From Camelus dromedarius (taxonomy: Eukaryota): a stretch of DNA of 64,000 bases. How positions within the stretch are numbered: the first letter of the stretch is position 1; each line of letters begins with the position of its first letter. A program made the position numbers and the translations under genes. Location of the stretch: contig NC_087436.1 of the NCBI RefSeq assembly GCF_036321535.1, forward strand, positions 116,748,001 to 116,812,000. The letters are read 5' to 3'. Positions 11,041 to 24,200 of the stretch are shown here, one piece after another. The notes below the pieces were generated by a model that was given only the letters and a program-made list of their open reading frames with translations, did no database searches and was not told the DNA's origin.

Positions 11041-14000
11041 AACTGTGGCCCCAAGTGCTCATATGGTTCAGATAAAGAAATCAGTGTCATACTATATGTT
11101 AGCAAACTATGTAGATGTTATTAAATAGGCAACTAGACAGAAGTTTACATGAACAATAACTTTTCCTCCAAAAGCCAGAGCAGAGGGAGGAGGAGCCAGG
11201 CTAGCAGAGAAGGGGTCTCATTTCTTCCAGGCTCTGAAGTCCTGGGACACCGGGTACACACGGGGCCTTGGCCAATGACTGAGAGGGGGAGAAAAAAGGT
11301 TAAGCCCTCAGAAGAGGAAGGCAGTGTTGTCCCGGACACGCCTCTGACGTCTCTGCAGCAGTAGGTGAGATGTTCACCCAGCCTCTCATAGTAAATCGGA
11401 AACTATGAGAGCTGGGGTCGAGGGCTAGTCCTAAGGAAGGAATTTGGCAGAAAGTTCTTCCTGTGGTGCAGGGGAGGAAACTGAGGCACAGAGAGGTCAA
11501 ACAGCCTGCTCAAAGAACACACAGGTAATGAGTGTCAGGACCAGGACACTTACTAAAGCCCACACCATGAACTAGGGAAATTGTTAAAAGCCATATTCAG
11601 AAATGTTATGCAGCCAACCAGTATGATTTCATGGAAGTATATTTAATGATGCACCTATGTTTTACCAAAAAAAAAAAATGATCATTCATTCGTGTGTGTG
11701 CCACGAACCAGCTTATGTCTGGATTTGTGTTGCATGATTGTTGTTTCTTGTTTTGCCTCATAGCTATTTTCTCCATTTTTTACAACGTCCATGAATTATT
11801 CTTGTAATTTAAATGTTACAGAAATAACTTAAAAATCATATTTAAAAGGAAAAAGGGAAGGAAGGGGAAGAGGGAGGAGCTGGCCCTCCAGCTGTTGAGA
11901 GAGGAGCAAAGGAACTGTGTGTGAGTCAATTCAAGGCCCTTCAGGACAGTCAGAGGACGTGAAGGGGGCCTGGTGCCCATCCCCGAGGTGAGAAGAGAGG
12001 TGAGAAGGTGAATGAGAAACAGAAAGGTGGGGCAGGACCTGTTGTCCAAAATCTATACCTCTTGGAGATAAAAAATATTAATGAGACCATTGCCCTCAGA
12101 GAAGTCCTCATTCCGCAGATGTAGAAACTGAGACCTGGGACTCAGAGGGAACGTCCCCCAGACTTGCAGGAACGAGGCAGAGCTGGCCCTGAAGGGCCGA
12201 TCACTGCACAGTGCAAGAAGCATGAGCTCTGGGCAGAAAGACCCAGGTGTGAAGCCAGAGCTGCTACCCACCAGCCAGGTAGGTTCAGACAGGTCAAGGA
12301 CATGCCCCAAATTCAGTCGCTACGGTTGGAAGATGAGGAGAATCCTTCCTATGCCCAAAGGTTAGATTAGATGAGCAGCTGGAATGAACGTGCCTGGACC
12401 AGAGCAGGTCACAAGTGCTGGCTTCCTGTCCTGGCTTCTCTGCTCCCCGAGATGAGAACTCACCCCCCTGCGCCCCGTCAGCGGTGGGAGTTTACACGGT
12501 AACAGACCTGGTGCAGAGTCAGGAGAAGGAGGACGCTTGATGTGGGTGCCTCTTTCCATGTCTTTGTCCCTCCCTGTGTCCCTCTGTCTCTCACTGTGTC
12601 TGTCTCTGTGTCTCTCTGTCTCTGTATCTGCCTCTCTCTCTTTTGCACAAGCACAAGTGCATGCACGTGTACAGACACACACACACACCCTTAGTAAAAT
12701 AAATGCCTCTCTCTTCATTTCCAAAGTTCACACATGATCTCATCGGGTCTAAAGGAAACAGTCAATTGGAAAGAGAGAGCTGAGCCCAGAAGAGCCAGGC
12801 TCCATGAAAAGGCAGTGAGAAAAGCAAACACAGCTTGTGAAAATGACCTCCCGTGGGTGTCAACCTCCCACGTCTGCCTCCACTCTCTCCTTAACGAACA
12901 GAACGCCCCACTCCACGGAGGGGATGACAGCTCTGCTTTCAGTCACGTTGGTTAATGTCTCCCTGCAACAGCAATGCTCAAATCCTGCCAGACATCCGCA
13001 GAGCCTGCTAGGCTGGCCCGCTGAAAAGTCTTGGGTGGTTTTACAACTCCAGACACAGGAAGCTCCATGTCAAAGCCCCGGCGAGTGTAACACCTTTGTG
13101 TCTCGGTGTGCCTAGGGCTTTGGGGATGAAAGGCCCATTTACATTCCCAGTATCGTGATGGTTATTATTCTACTGCCCAGTAAAACCCCTGCAATTTGTT
13201 CCAAGGTAAAGACATAGCTTGCTAAGTGTGACCCTTAACATATCCCCATCCCCCTCTTCACTTGTCCACCTTTTTACCCAATGAAATAGGTCCTGATACA
13301 ACACCAGATTTAGAGGCAAGAAACCAGAGGTTTAGAAGTGTGTGCCAACCTTTGCTAAGTCCACACAACTAGGAGGTTAGGGGCTGACATTTGAACTAGG
13401 CAGCCAGACCCCAGAACTCTTACACTGACCATCCTATTACATTGCCCAGAGGCCCTGACAAGATGCTAACAAACATTTGTTGAAAGAAGAAATGACAAAG
13501 CTTTATTAAAGGAACCTTCTAGAAGGGGGCTGCTTCTCTGATTTTGCACGCTCTGAATCTTGGAGCTCATAGTCCATTAACCCTCTTCAACCAGGCATCT
13601 ATTTCGAGATACTCATTGACGGATTTGTTGTCAGGAGCTCATTAAGTCCATCAATGGATTAATTGAGTTAAGGAGGATCCATTCTTCAGCATGAGAAATG
13701 TATACAGTATAGATTTTTAAAAATAGTATTTTAATAACTTTACTGGGTATAACTTACATAATAAAAGCCATTGACTCCTACACTTAAAAATAGGTGAATT
13801 TCGTAGTATAGATGTATTGTGTCTCCGTACCGAGGTTCCCTCTACCACAACACGACAAGGGGCTTTGATACCAAACTCACGCTCTTTCTCAGCAGAGAAC
13901 TGGGGCAGATGCAGCCAGAGCGGAGACATCCTTGCTGTTGCGTGAAGGCCCCTTTCTGTCCCACATCCTCTAGACCGAGGGCCATAAAGAGACCCTCTTC

Positions 14001-16961
14001 CACTGGGTCCGGGCCCTCATGCCTGGGTGACAGTTAACCTTGCTGTGTTGCAACAGTCACATCTCCTCACAAAGCTCTCAGAGGACAAGTGGGACCCAAG
14101 AATGAGCAAAATGACACGTGTCTGAAGAGAACGTGGAGCTTGAAATCAGGCCACCCAAACTGGCTTTCCAACCCCACCCCTTTTAAAGCTGCATGGCCGC
14201 CAGCCTCAGTCTCCCCAACAGTGGAATGGAAGTAACACCCACAGGCTGCTAAGGCCCTGAGTAGCTCCGTGGTATTTATCAAAGGCGTCGAGCTCAAAGA
14301 CAGTTACGCATTTTCTACTCCTTGAAATCTTCCAAGGCCTGGAATTTAAGGACTCAAATCTCCAAACAAAACCTCTTTTTTTCCCTAGTCTCTAAGCAGC
14401 CATTGTTCCCAAACCACTTGCTTTTATGACCCGGACTGCAAATACCAAGTCCTGTTTTGCCCAGATGGGAACCATTCAACGGCGCACATTTCTCGGCATT
14501 GCAATCACAGGAATACCTGGGCTGAGTGGCCCCGCGCTGATCCGCGGTGAAAACTGGCGGCGTGTTCAGTTACCCTTAGAGTTATTCACCTCTTCCCCAC
14601 GGAGCCCCAGCATCTAATCATGGAACAATAGGCTCCAGGTGGGAAATTGTTCGCTGTGCACAAAGGAAGTTCATGGAGAAGCCACAGGCTCCAGGCCCGG
14701 GGTGCAAAGCGAGTTGTCCTTTATTTTTCAATCCGTGCAGCATCCTTCTCTTGGCATTTTGTTCTTAACACCTTCCTGAGAGGACAGAATAGCAATGGCT
14801 CTGACATGGGTGTAGGGAATCTGAGGATAGAATGAACTCAAGGGCTAGAGATCCCCCTGGCGAACACGTGTGGGTCTTAGCTGGGTGTGGTTCACTGCAG
14901 ACACAGCCCACATTTCTGGCAGTAACTCTATGTCCTTGTCTCAAGGACCCCAAAATGGAAAGACCCCAATGAGATCTAGCCTTCTCTTTTGGAGTTGAAC
15001 AACTCCGTAAGACTTACATAACTTATATAAAGTTATAGACTCCATCCATTCCCTATTGCACAAACATTTAATAAATACCAGTCATCTGCCAGTAACTGAG
15101 CTTGGGGCTCAGAATTAGAAGCCGGTGGAGATAGGCTCCCTGCCCTCAAGAATCTCCCTGTCTCAGATAGATTGCTGCTCTTCTGCCTTCTCCAGGAAGA
15201 TCTTTTTGCTCTCTCTCAACGGACAGTCAGACAAGCAAGCTGGTAGTTACAACCTGGTAAACATTATGAGAGAACTAAGCACAGAGATCATGAGACCCAG
15301 GAGAGAGGCCACCTAGCAAGGAAGGTCGGCAAGATGGACTAAAGGAGGCAGAACTGGACCTCAGTTTAGAAAGAAGATTAAGAATTAACTGGCTGTGGAG
15401 GAGGGGGAGCCTTACAGCCTGGGCAGGGGAGACTCTCTGGGTATGAGATGCAACGTCCCATGGGTGGAGGGCATGCTGCCTTTATGGGAAATGAGAGAGA
15501 CAGACCCTGAGGTCAGAGAGACCCCCACTGAGCAGCTCCAGATAGAATCAATGACAATTCTGTGACAGTGAATCAGTGTCTGAGTGAGGTGACTTTATGA
15601 TGCCTGGGTTTCTGGCATCAGTGTTAACATGGATGCTCTGGGTACTAAAACCCCACTGAAAAGGATAAAGCAGTCAGTCTCTGTCCCCCCACAAAAAAAC
15701 ACGCAGAAACTCCTAGTAGGATGCACCCCCCCGAAGAATGGAAGTCACTCTGGCTTGTGTGGGCTGGGTGTGCAACTTTCCATTTCTGGACTTCAAGTGT
15801 CTCATTTTCACAGTGAGGCACTGTGAGGTCCAAGAGGGGCGGGGGTGGCTGTAAGAAGATGGATGCGTGCTTAGTTCCCTTCCCGCTACACACAGAGTTT
15901 CCCACTTGGCCATGAAGACCAAGGGGGAAGGAGTGTCCAGGCTGCAGATGTCCCCCCATTCTTGTGTGAAAGAAAACCAGGTCTGTTATTTAGGTACCTT
16001 CTTTCCTTACCACTTAGAATCCATCAGTGAAAATTAGGACAGGACATTGTAGAAAGAATCCTGGGCTTTGAGGCAAACATGGGTAAGTTTTGCTGGCAGC
16101 TGCCATGCATCACTATGGGGCAGGGTGTGGCACAACCGTTGGCCTCAGTTTCTTCATCTGAAAAATGGGGACAACCACAGCAGTCCACAGAAAGAACTAC
16201 CTGAGACTCTATACGTAAAGCACGCAGCTTTCCTTATTTGCTTGTGATTTGAATTTTTGTGGGGTACTTTTTTTTCAGTATCATAGAGATCTGTTCCAGC
16301 CCATTTATAAGGCTGAGTGTCCTCTTTCCTTTCATTTTTCCTTTCTTTTCTTTTCTTATTATAGCCCCACCCCCACCCCACATACACACACTCATCTGTG
16401 TTTCCTGCAGAAATGAAGCCAATTCTAATAACTAATCAGCGAGATCCCTGTCGCACAGAGAGCAGCCAGGGTGCTCTGAGAAGGACGGTAGCCTGTAACA
16501 TTTAATTTTATTCCAACAAGATGTCGACCGCATCATTATCACCCCCACTCAGCCCCAGAGTCTCCCTCTGTCTCCATCCATGCCCAGCCCTGGTGTGCTG
16601 GCAGCAGTGCGAGGAGTCTGACCGGCTGGAAAACCCAAAGCCTCTAAAACCAGAGCAGATTCATTTTGCTAACAGGTGTTACTACGCTTAACTCCAATGC
16701 GGAGTGAAAAGGCGGGGCAGTTGCCTTCAGAGATAGCTGGGTGTTGTCAGAATGGATTACAGCGCCTGGTCCACGGTGCGCGCCGACATGCAGGTACAGG
16801 TAGGGAGACCTAATCCACCACGGAGCTCCAGCGGCGGGGAGGGGTGGTGCCGAGCGGGCACCCACTCACTGCTTTTCTGTGGATGAGGACAGAGCCTGGA
16901 CACTCGCTGATGGAGGATCAAAGTTAAGGATGCTGGCAATATGTCATTTTCTCCTAAACCT

Positions 16962-17657
16962 TTTATTTTTATTTAAATTTTTTTTAAATTATTTTTTAAT
17001 TTTTTTAATTTAAATTTATTTTTGAAATTTTTAATATTTATTTTTTAAATTGATTTTTTAAACTTTAAAGTCGTTATGCAATATTTTACCTATCACATAA
17101 TTCACCCGTTTCAAGTACACAATTGAACGATTGGCTTTTAGTAAATTTTCCTAGATGTATAACCATCAACATGTAACAGTTTTAGAAAATTTCCATCATC
17201 CCCAAAAGATTCTTACCCCATTTACTATTCGTCTTAGACTCCCGACCCCCACCCGCTGCCCCAGGCAACCTCTAATCTACTTCCTGTCTCTATAGTTTTG
17301 CCTTTTCTGGACATTTCATGTGAATGGAATCAGACAACATGTCGTCTCCTGTGTCTGGCTTCTTTCCCTTAACATGTATTTGAGATTTACCTAAGTTGTA
17401 GTATGTGTAATAGTTCATCATTTCTATTGCTAAACAGTATTCCATTGCATGAACAGACCCCGTTTTGTCTACCCATTTGCTAATTGATGGATGTTTAGGG
17501 GTTTTTTGCCCATTTTTTGGCTTTTAAGAAAATTTTTTTTCCATTTTTGGCACTTGTTTGCAAGTTTTGGGTGGATATGTGTCTTCGGTAAATACCCAAG
17601 TGTGAAATTGCTGGTTTGTATGGGAAATTCATATTTAAATGGCTAAGAAACTGTCAT
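16962..17657 (-). mobile_element. Old L1 (L1MB-like) 3' end with AT-rich tail
   Basis: T-rich tail followed by aattcacccgtttcaagtacaca...ccccaggcaacctctaatctacttcctgtctctatag...ccttttctggacatttcat...aatggaatc. Confidence 0.85.
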
Positions 17658-17921
17658 GAGAACCCATTTCCTCTTTCCTTCACGAAGAAAAGGCTGTGAT
17701 TCTAACACAAGAAACATAGCCTTGCTCATCCTTTTTCACTGCCCACACCTCTCCTCACAGCCCAAGATTAAAAACAAAAAGAAAAGCTATTTTTTTCTCT
17801 CCTGATTGGATACATACAGGAAGAGATATGGAGGGTTTGAACCACAAAGTGAGGCTGCCAGAGAAGCATAAAATCTGTTTTCTCACTCCCTTTTTTTTTT
17901 CTAGATACATGGCGCAGGGGG

Positions 17922-17924
<3 letters not shown>

Positions 17925-17956
<32 letters not shown>
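17925..17956. repeat. (CA)16 microsatellite
   Basis: Perfect CA run. Confidence 0.97.
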
Positions 17957-17957
<1 letters not shown>

Positions 17958-18438
17958 TAGAAGCTATTGGGAACTCAAACCTGACGCTTCAAAAGTTTGG
18001 CTTGGCTCCTGAATCACTAGTCACAGTCTTCATTTTTATGCCCTGAGCAAACATTAGCTGTTAATCAATTAGAGTTTTGGGGTCCCCACCAAGTACCTAG
18101 CACAGAAAAAGACGAAAGTAGGAAAGTACTTTCCAGTGAGCACCCTCTCCCCATGAGCAGGTTGTGGTCCCACCCACGGGAATCCCATAGTTACTTGTAA
18201 TCACGTTGTAGTTTGTAAGGGAATTTTGGGTCTTTTCTCCTTTTTGCTCCTACATCGGCTGACAAATAATTTTTCGAGAGGAAGAAAAGACAAGAGTATT
18301 TGAACTGAGATCTGGCCCTGAGTTTACAGCTCCTCCAAGTATAAGCCATAGATGCGGGGGAGTTGACCCTGAAGATTAGCAAAACGAGGACTGATGCCAT
18401 CAGCATATTAGGGAGGGGTAAGGAGGCCATCAGTATAT

Positions 18439-18568
18439 GAGGAGGGTATAGTTCAAGTGGTAGAGTGCATGCTTAGCAAGCACAAGGTCCTGGGTTCGGT
18501 CCCCAGTACATCCTCCAAAAATAAACAAGCCTAATTTAACTCCCCCTCTGCCAAAATAAATTAACTAA
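18439..18568 (+). mobile_element. tRNA-derived SINE (camelid Vic-1-like)
   Basis: ggagggtatagttcaagtggtagagtgcatgcttagcaagcacaaggtcctgggttcggtccccagtac with Pol III A/B boxes, then aaataaac..cctaatt..ctccccc tail; degenerate TSD agtatat/agtgtat. Confidence 0.9.
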
Positions 18569-18906
18569 AGTGTATTAGGGAGGGGATAAGGAGACCCACT
18601 GATTTCCACCCACTTTGGGCCGGGGGAGGGGAGCAGGGCTGCATCATTCTGTGGGACTGTGTTCCTTTTCTGTTCCTACACTTGAAAGCAGAATAGAGTT
18701 AACTTTTCCGGGGTACCCAGCTTCACATCCCATCTGCCAAGGCATTATTACTGTTCCCACTTCAGAGATGAGAAGCATGTGGCTCAGAGCAGTAAAATCA
18801 GTGCCTCAGGCTGAAGCCCAGGATCTAATTACAGATGTTTCTGGCACCTAAACTGAGCTCATTCTGCCTCAGGATACTGTAAATGGCAGTGGTTCAGGGG
18901 GTTAGC

Positions 18907-19961
18907 CAGTAATGGGCTGGTAAATTTTAGTAAATATTTGTCATATAGCTCCCTGGAGATGAAGGAAAGGTATGCTTAGATAGGTACACAAGTTTGTTAT
19001 GAATTTTACTGATCTAAAGATGTGTGGCATACCATTCAGATAATAATGAAATATCCAGTATTCTTTATAAAAAAATTTCAGGTACCCAACTGATTCTCAC
19101 AGAATGATTTCACTGATTTTTGCTGAACTCATGTCCCTAGCCAACCTCTGGTTGCAGTTGACAAGGGTTCAGTTCATTTGAGTTCAGCAGATGGATATTT
19201 TCCTTTCTATCGATGAGTAAAATAGAACTGAAACCACAAAGGCATGTGCCAGAACTTCACTGGTCCATCGGTGATGTAAGCAGCTTCTCTGCTGAGTCAC
19301 AAATTAGTTTTGAAGGCTGGAAAATAGCACCTCAGGTTTCGTGCTATTCACAACGGTACAACTACAGACATGACTCGTTCTTGTATTGAATCATAGTCGA
19401 TTTACAATGGTGTGTTAATTTCTGCTGTAGAGCAAGTGGTTCATTTATACATAAACAGATGTGTTCTTTTTTGATTATAATTCTGCAGCGCATTTTTCAA
19501 ATTGACGTATAGTCAGTGTACAGTGTTGTGTCAATTTCTGGTGTATAGCATAACGTTTCAGTCACACACATACGTACACATACTTGTTTTCATGTTCTTT
19601 TCCATTACAGGTTACTACAAGATATTGAATATAGTTTCCTGTGCTGTACAGAATAAACTTGTTGTTTATCTATTTTATTTATAGTTGTTAGTATTTGCTA
19701 GTCTCGAACTCCCGACTTACCCCTTCCCTCCCCATTTTCCCCCTGGTAACCATACGTTTGTTTTCTATGTCTGTGAGTCTGTTTCTGTTCTGCAAATAAG
19801 TTCATTTCTGTCTTTTTTTTAAGATTCCACATATGAGTGATATCACGTGGTATTTTTCTTTCTCTTTCTGGCTTACTTCACTTAGGGTGACGCTCTCCAG
19901 GTCCATCCGTGTTGCTGCAAATGGCATTATTTTTATTCTTTTTTACAGCTAAGTAATATTC

Positions 19962-20002
<41 letters not shown>

Positions 20003-20563
20003 GATGCATATACATATATAATGTGTATATATATGTATATACATATATAATATATATATGTGTGTGTGTGTGTATATGTATATACAGCATCTTTATCTAG
20101 TATCTATCAATGGACATTTAGGTTGTTTCCAAGACATGACTCACTTTTAAATTAAATCTGCTTTATTAATATTTCTTCTATCACTTTCTTAAGTTAGTCT
20201 ATCGACAAAGCAATAAATCAAATCCTGATCTGTAGCATGTGCCAATATATGTGGTATAAGTGCTCCCACTGTGGCCAAAGTCAGCACTGATGTGAGGTCA
20301 TGAAATGCACAGCAGCATTTTCCCATCAAACAGATACAGCAGACAAAAACAGCACCAAGATCTTAGGTAACAGCAAAATGTAGTAAAACAGTTCAGAAGT
20401 GATGCATTTTGAGTATGTATTAACTTTGTTTTAATATCTGTATTCAATTGTAATTTTATTTAAATTTTTCAAAAGACTGTGTTTAACTACTGGCTCTCAG
20501 AATGCCTGACATTTTAACCATCAGCTCTGCTGAGTAGTCTGAGCCGAGCCCAGCACACCACTG
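18907..20563 (-). mobile_element. MER63-like (hAT-Blackjack) DNA transposon, interrupted by an L1
   Basis: Terminal repeats cagtaatgggctggtaa and gagcccagcacaccactg; internal gattctcacagaatg, tagccaacctctggttgca, gtgctattcacaa, cagaagtgatgcattttgagta match the recalled MER63C/D consensus. Confidence 0.75.
19377..20131 (-). mobile_element. L1 3' fragment (with internal TG/TA repeats) inserted in MER63
   Basis: L1 3'UTR reverse complement (ccctggtaaccat..tttgttttctatgtctgtgagtctgtttctg; gattccacatatgagtgatatc); 11-bp TSD agacatgactc at 19366-19376 and 20132-20142. Confidence 0.9.
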
Positions 20564-21129
20564 TTAACCCCGGGAAGCCCTGCCCCCACCCCATGCAGGT
20601 CTGAGGTTGAAGGCCCCTGTCATAGGTCATTGCTGCTTTCTGTTAAAAGACTTGGGACTTTCTCTGAACGCTGACAGTTACCACTTGACCTTGGGCAAGT
20701 GGCCCTCAAGACTCATCCCTTTGTTGTAAAGTGGGGATGGTCATACCTTTATCGTAGCATCACTATGAAGGTTGATAAAGTGACCAGCACCATCATGAGA
20801 CAGTACACCTGCTCAGTAACCAGGAGTTCGCACGCTAGTCTGCCCCATCATACACCCCAGGGTCCCATACCTGGAGCAGGTGCGTGGAGAGCAGCACTGG
20901 CTTCCATTCACGCTTCTGAGTTCTGTCATTACTGCACCCAGAGCTAACAGTGACCACAGGACCGCTCTGATTAGAGACTGCACACACGTAACATACAATA
21001 GTAAGTAACAAGGCTTTTCAAGGATTAACTCATTGGATTCTCATGACAGTTCTATGAAGGAAGTGTTTTATTGGCTTCCTTTTGCAGATGGGGAAAATCA
21101 GGTCACTTATCCAAGGTCACATTATACCT

Positions 21130-21262
21130 ATACCACTTGAAGTGCACGCAGATCCCATGGCCTCTTGTCACAATGCAGATTCTGGTTCTGTAGGGCTGGG
21201 GTGGGGCCTGGGAGTTTGCATTTCTAGCCAGCCAATAGTCCAGGGACCACACTCCGACTAGG
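21130..21262. mobile_element. MER5A-like hAT MITE fragment
   Basis: aatgcagattctggttctgtagggctggggtggggcctgggagtttgcatttctagc...cagggaccacact. Confidence 0.75.
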
Positions 21263-24200
21263 GAGGAGCTGGATGGCTTGGCTGAAAAGCAGGCATTGCC
21301 ACTTAGCCTATTCCAAAGCGCACACTCTTATCTCCCACAATGTGCAACCTTCTGGATGAAAAGAGATCTGTGCCAAGTCGGGGTCTACTGATGGGGACTC
21401 CCGGGCGCACAGCAGTATCAGAAATGCCTGCAGAGCAGGGAAGATGACTCAGCTCCAGGACTCTACGTGAACAAGCTCACATACCCCAGGCACCTTCATA
21501 ATGATAACGTTTACCCTTATTTTAGCCACTCATCAAAGTGCTACATACCATCCATCCAGGATGTCTGGTACCCCACAAAAAGCCCCTATCACCAGGCCCC
21601 TGCCAACATCTCACCCAGGCATCTGCTGGGGAGAAAATTTAATCACTGAATCCATTGAAGTTAGAGCCAAAAGAACCTTAGTATTCAACTCATCTGAATT
21701 CTTACTCTGCAGCTGGAGAAGTTAAGGTCCAAAGATGCCAAACACATCATGAGGCAGAGGCCAGGTTAGGACCGCTAGCCTGGCCCTGTCATTCTCCAGC
21801 CCGTGTGGCAGTCGCCAGCCAGTGAGGACGGCCTGGGCATCCCAGGCATCTGCTCAGCCCCCTGGCTCTCTGCTGCCTCTGGATTCCTAAGCACAGCTTG
21901 GTCTGGGCTCCAGTGGGGCCGAACATCTCCAGCAGCCTGTGATATCAGACCAAGCCAAGTATTCGAATAAACAAGGCAAGACAGAACAGAGGAAAACATG
22001 AAATGCTGGAAAAATTGCTTTTCTGTGGTTTCCAGGGGAACCAGCATTAAGGAGAGGTTAAGCCTGTGGGCAGAGTTGGGGGAGGTGATACAGGAGACCA
22101 CTCCAGAGTTTCAGCCGTTGTTACTCGGATAATAACAACTCCCCTGGCCCCACCCGCTGCCATCCCGGAGACCCCAGGTCCAGCTGGCACCTGCCCATGC
22201 TACTGCAGTAGCGTCCCAAAATGTCCCCTGCTCTTACCTTATTCACCCATGATGTAAGTATTCTCCACATAGCAGTCAGGGAAACCCTTCAGAAACACTG
22301 CGCATTACTGTGTTCCTCTGTCAGAGGCCCTGCCGTGGCTTCACGATGATTTGGAGCCTAAGTCTAAGCTTCCTGATGTCTGCAGCCCTCCCTCCATCCA
22401 CCCTCACTCCCCCAAAAGCCCTTGGATGAGTGTTCCCGATCTATCCCCACACTCACTCCTGTTCAGCCATGCCTACCTCCTCACCTTGACCCAGCTGCTC
22501 AGCCCTACCTCTGCTTTCAGGCTTTCGCCCCTGAGTCTGGATGCTCTTCCTGCAGACACCCCAGAGCTGACACCCACGATGGCTTCTCCCTGCTCACACC
22601 TTCTCCGTGAGGCCCACCTTGACCAGCCCACGGAAACAGTAACACCTGTCCACGCATCTTTCTGTCTATCATGATTTTTGGCTTTCCCTCCCCCAAGGAT
22701 AGAGACACCTGTCTGTTTTGTTCCATGGGAGGTAGGAACCTTTATTTTGTTCACTGATGTATTCCAACACCAAGAACAGTCCCTGTCCTATCCTGGGCAC
22801 TAAGAGAAAAAAAAAATGTGTTGTTGAATTAACTTTGAGAAAGATTTCCAGCCCAAACATTTACTGAGCACCTAGTATATTCAAGCACAAAGCATTTTGC
22901 ATGCATTGTCTCATTTAATTCTCACAATGTTCTCAAAACATAGCAAAATCTAAACACCCCCCACCCCATGCCAAGTGATGCCATTGAAGAGTCCCTGGGA
23001 AGCACGGATATGAGGATGTGTTATAATGACTAGATTCAACCCTGGCTTTCCCACTCTGATTATCTTTTGATAAGTGCTTTGAAAACCACCGTCACCAGGC
23101 AATATGTTAAGCTAGTCCTGCTGTGGCTCAGAGCTTATCAAGGTGGGAAAGCAACGGGGTACAAAGGACGGCATGTAAGCTCCGGGGTCAGCCTGGAATC
23201 CTGGTCTCGCCCCATTTCCATGAAACCTGGCATGACGCAGTAGAAAGAAGTGGCCTTTGAGTCAGACAGGCCTGGTACTGAACCCCAGCCTGGGCACTTA
23301 CTGCTGTGTGGCCACAGGCAATATGTTTGGTGTCTCTGGGTTTCTTTTTCCCCATCTGAAAAGTGTAAGATATCAACAGGAAGAAGTGAGAAAAACGACA
23401 CACTAAGTTGTATTTTAGGTCAATTTGTCCACTATCCCTGATTTCAAGCTCCTGCTTCATCAGGACCATGATGTTGGACGGACCTGGTGTTGAAGCTCTG
23501 CTCTGTCACATCACTCCAGCCTGTGTTGAGCCCTTCCTGTGGGCGGGGCTTCGTACTAAGAGCTGGAAACACAGATGCCCAGTGATGCTCTCTTTTCACT
23601 GAGAGATGCGCGCAGGCTCCTCATCACTCAGTTGCTGATAGGATAAAACAAGGTGTGTCCGGGTAAGAGAGCTTGCACTAGGTGTTAGTCTGTGGACTTC
23701 TGGGAAGTTGGGAATGATATCAATGCTGTTTGCTCTGCATACAGACAGGATTGGAGGGACCAGGCTCACAGGGGGCAGGCCACGGATGGTTGCCATGAGG
23801 GTGCAAAGTGGAGGCTGTAGAGAGAGAACCGTGGAGAGAAGGTCAGGGACCAGACCATGGAAGTCCCTTTCCTTCATGTGTGCCATATTCCGAACATGGA
23901 CTATAACTGCAGGCAGTGGAAACCCCAGATTTTAGAACACGGACCCAGCTGCAATATGGCGGAAGGATTGAGGGAGATGCGAGGTGGCGTGGATTGAAGG
24001 GGAGAGATTGCTGAGAAGATGCTGCAGGTTGCAGAGCAGAGAGGTGGATTCAAGCCCGGGAGCTGGCACCTTCGGGGACCTTCCCTTTTCTCTTCTCATT
24101 TCCCTTCCCTGCCTTGATTTCCCTTCCTTTCTTTGGACTTTCTGGAGTCAGGAAGTGTTGGCCCAGGAGACGGGGGAAAGGATACTGTCTTGGGGGCCCT

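Noticed and set aside
18439..18515. tRNA-like sequence (also 33578-33647)
   Set aside because: Has A/B boxes but a degenerate acceptor stem and continues into a SINE tail; a SINE, not a tRNA gene.
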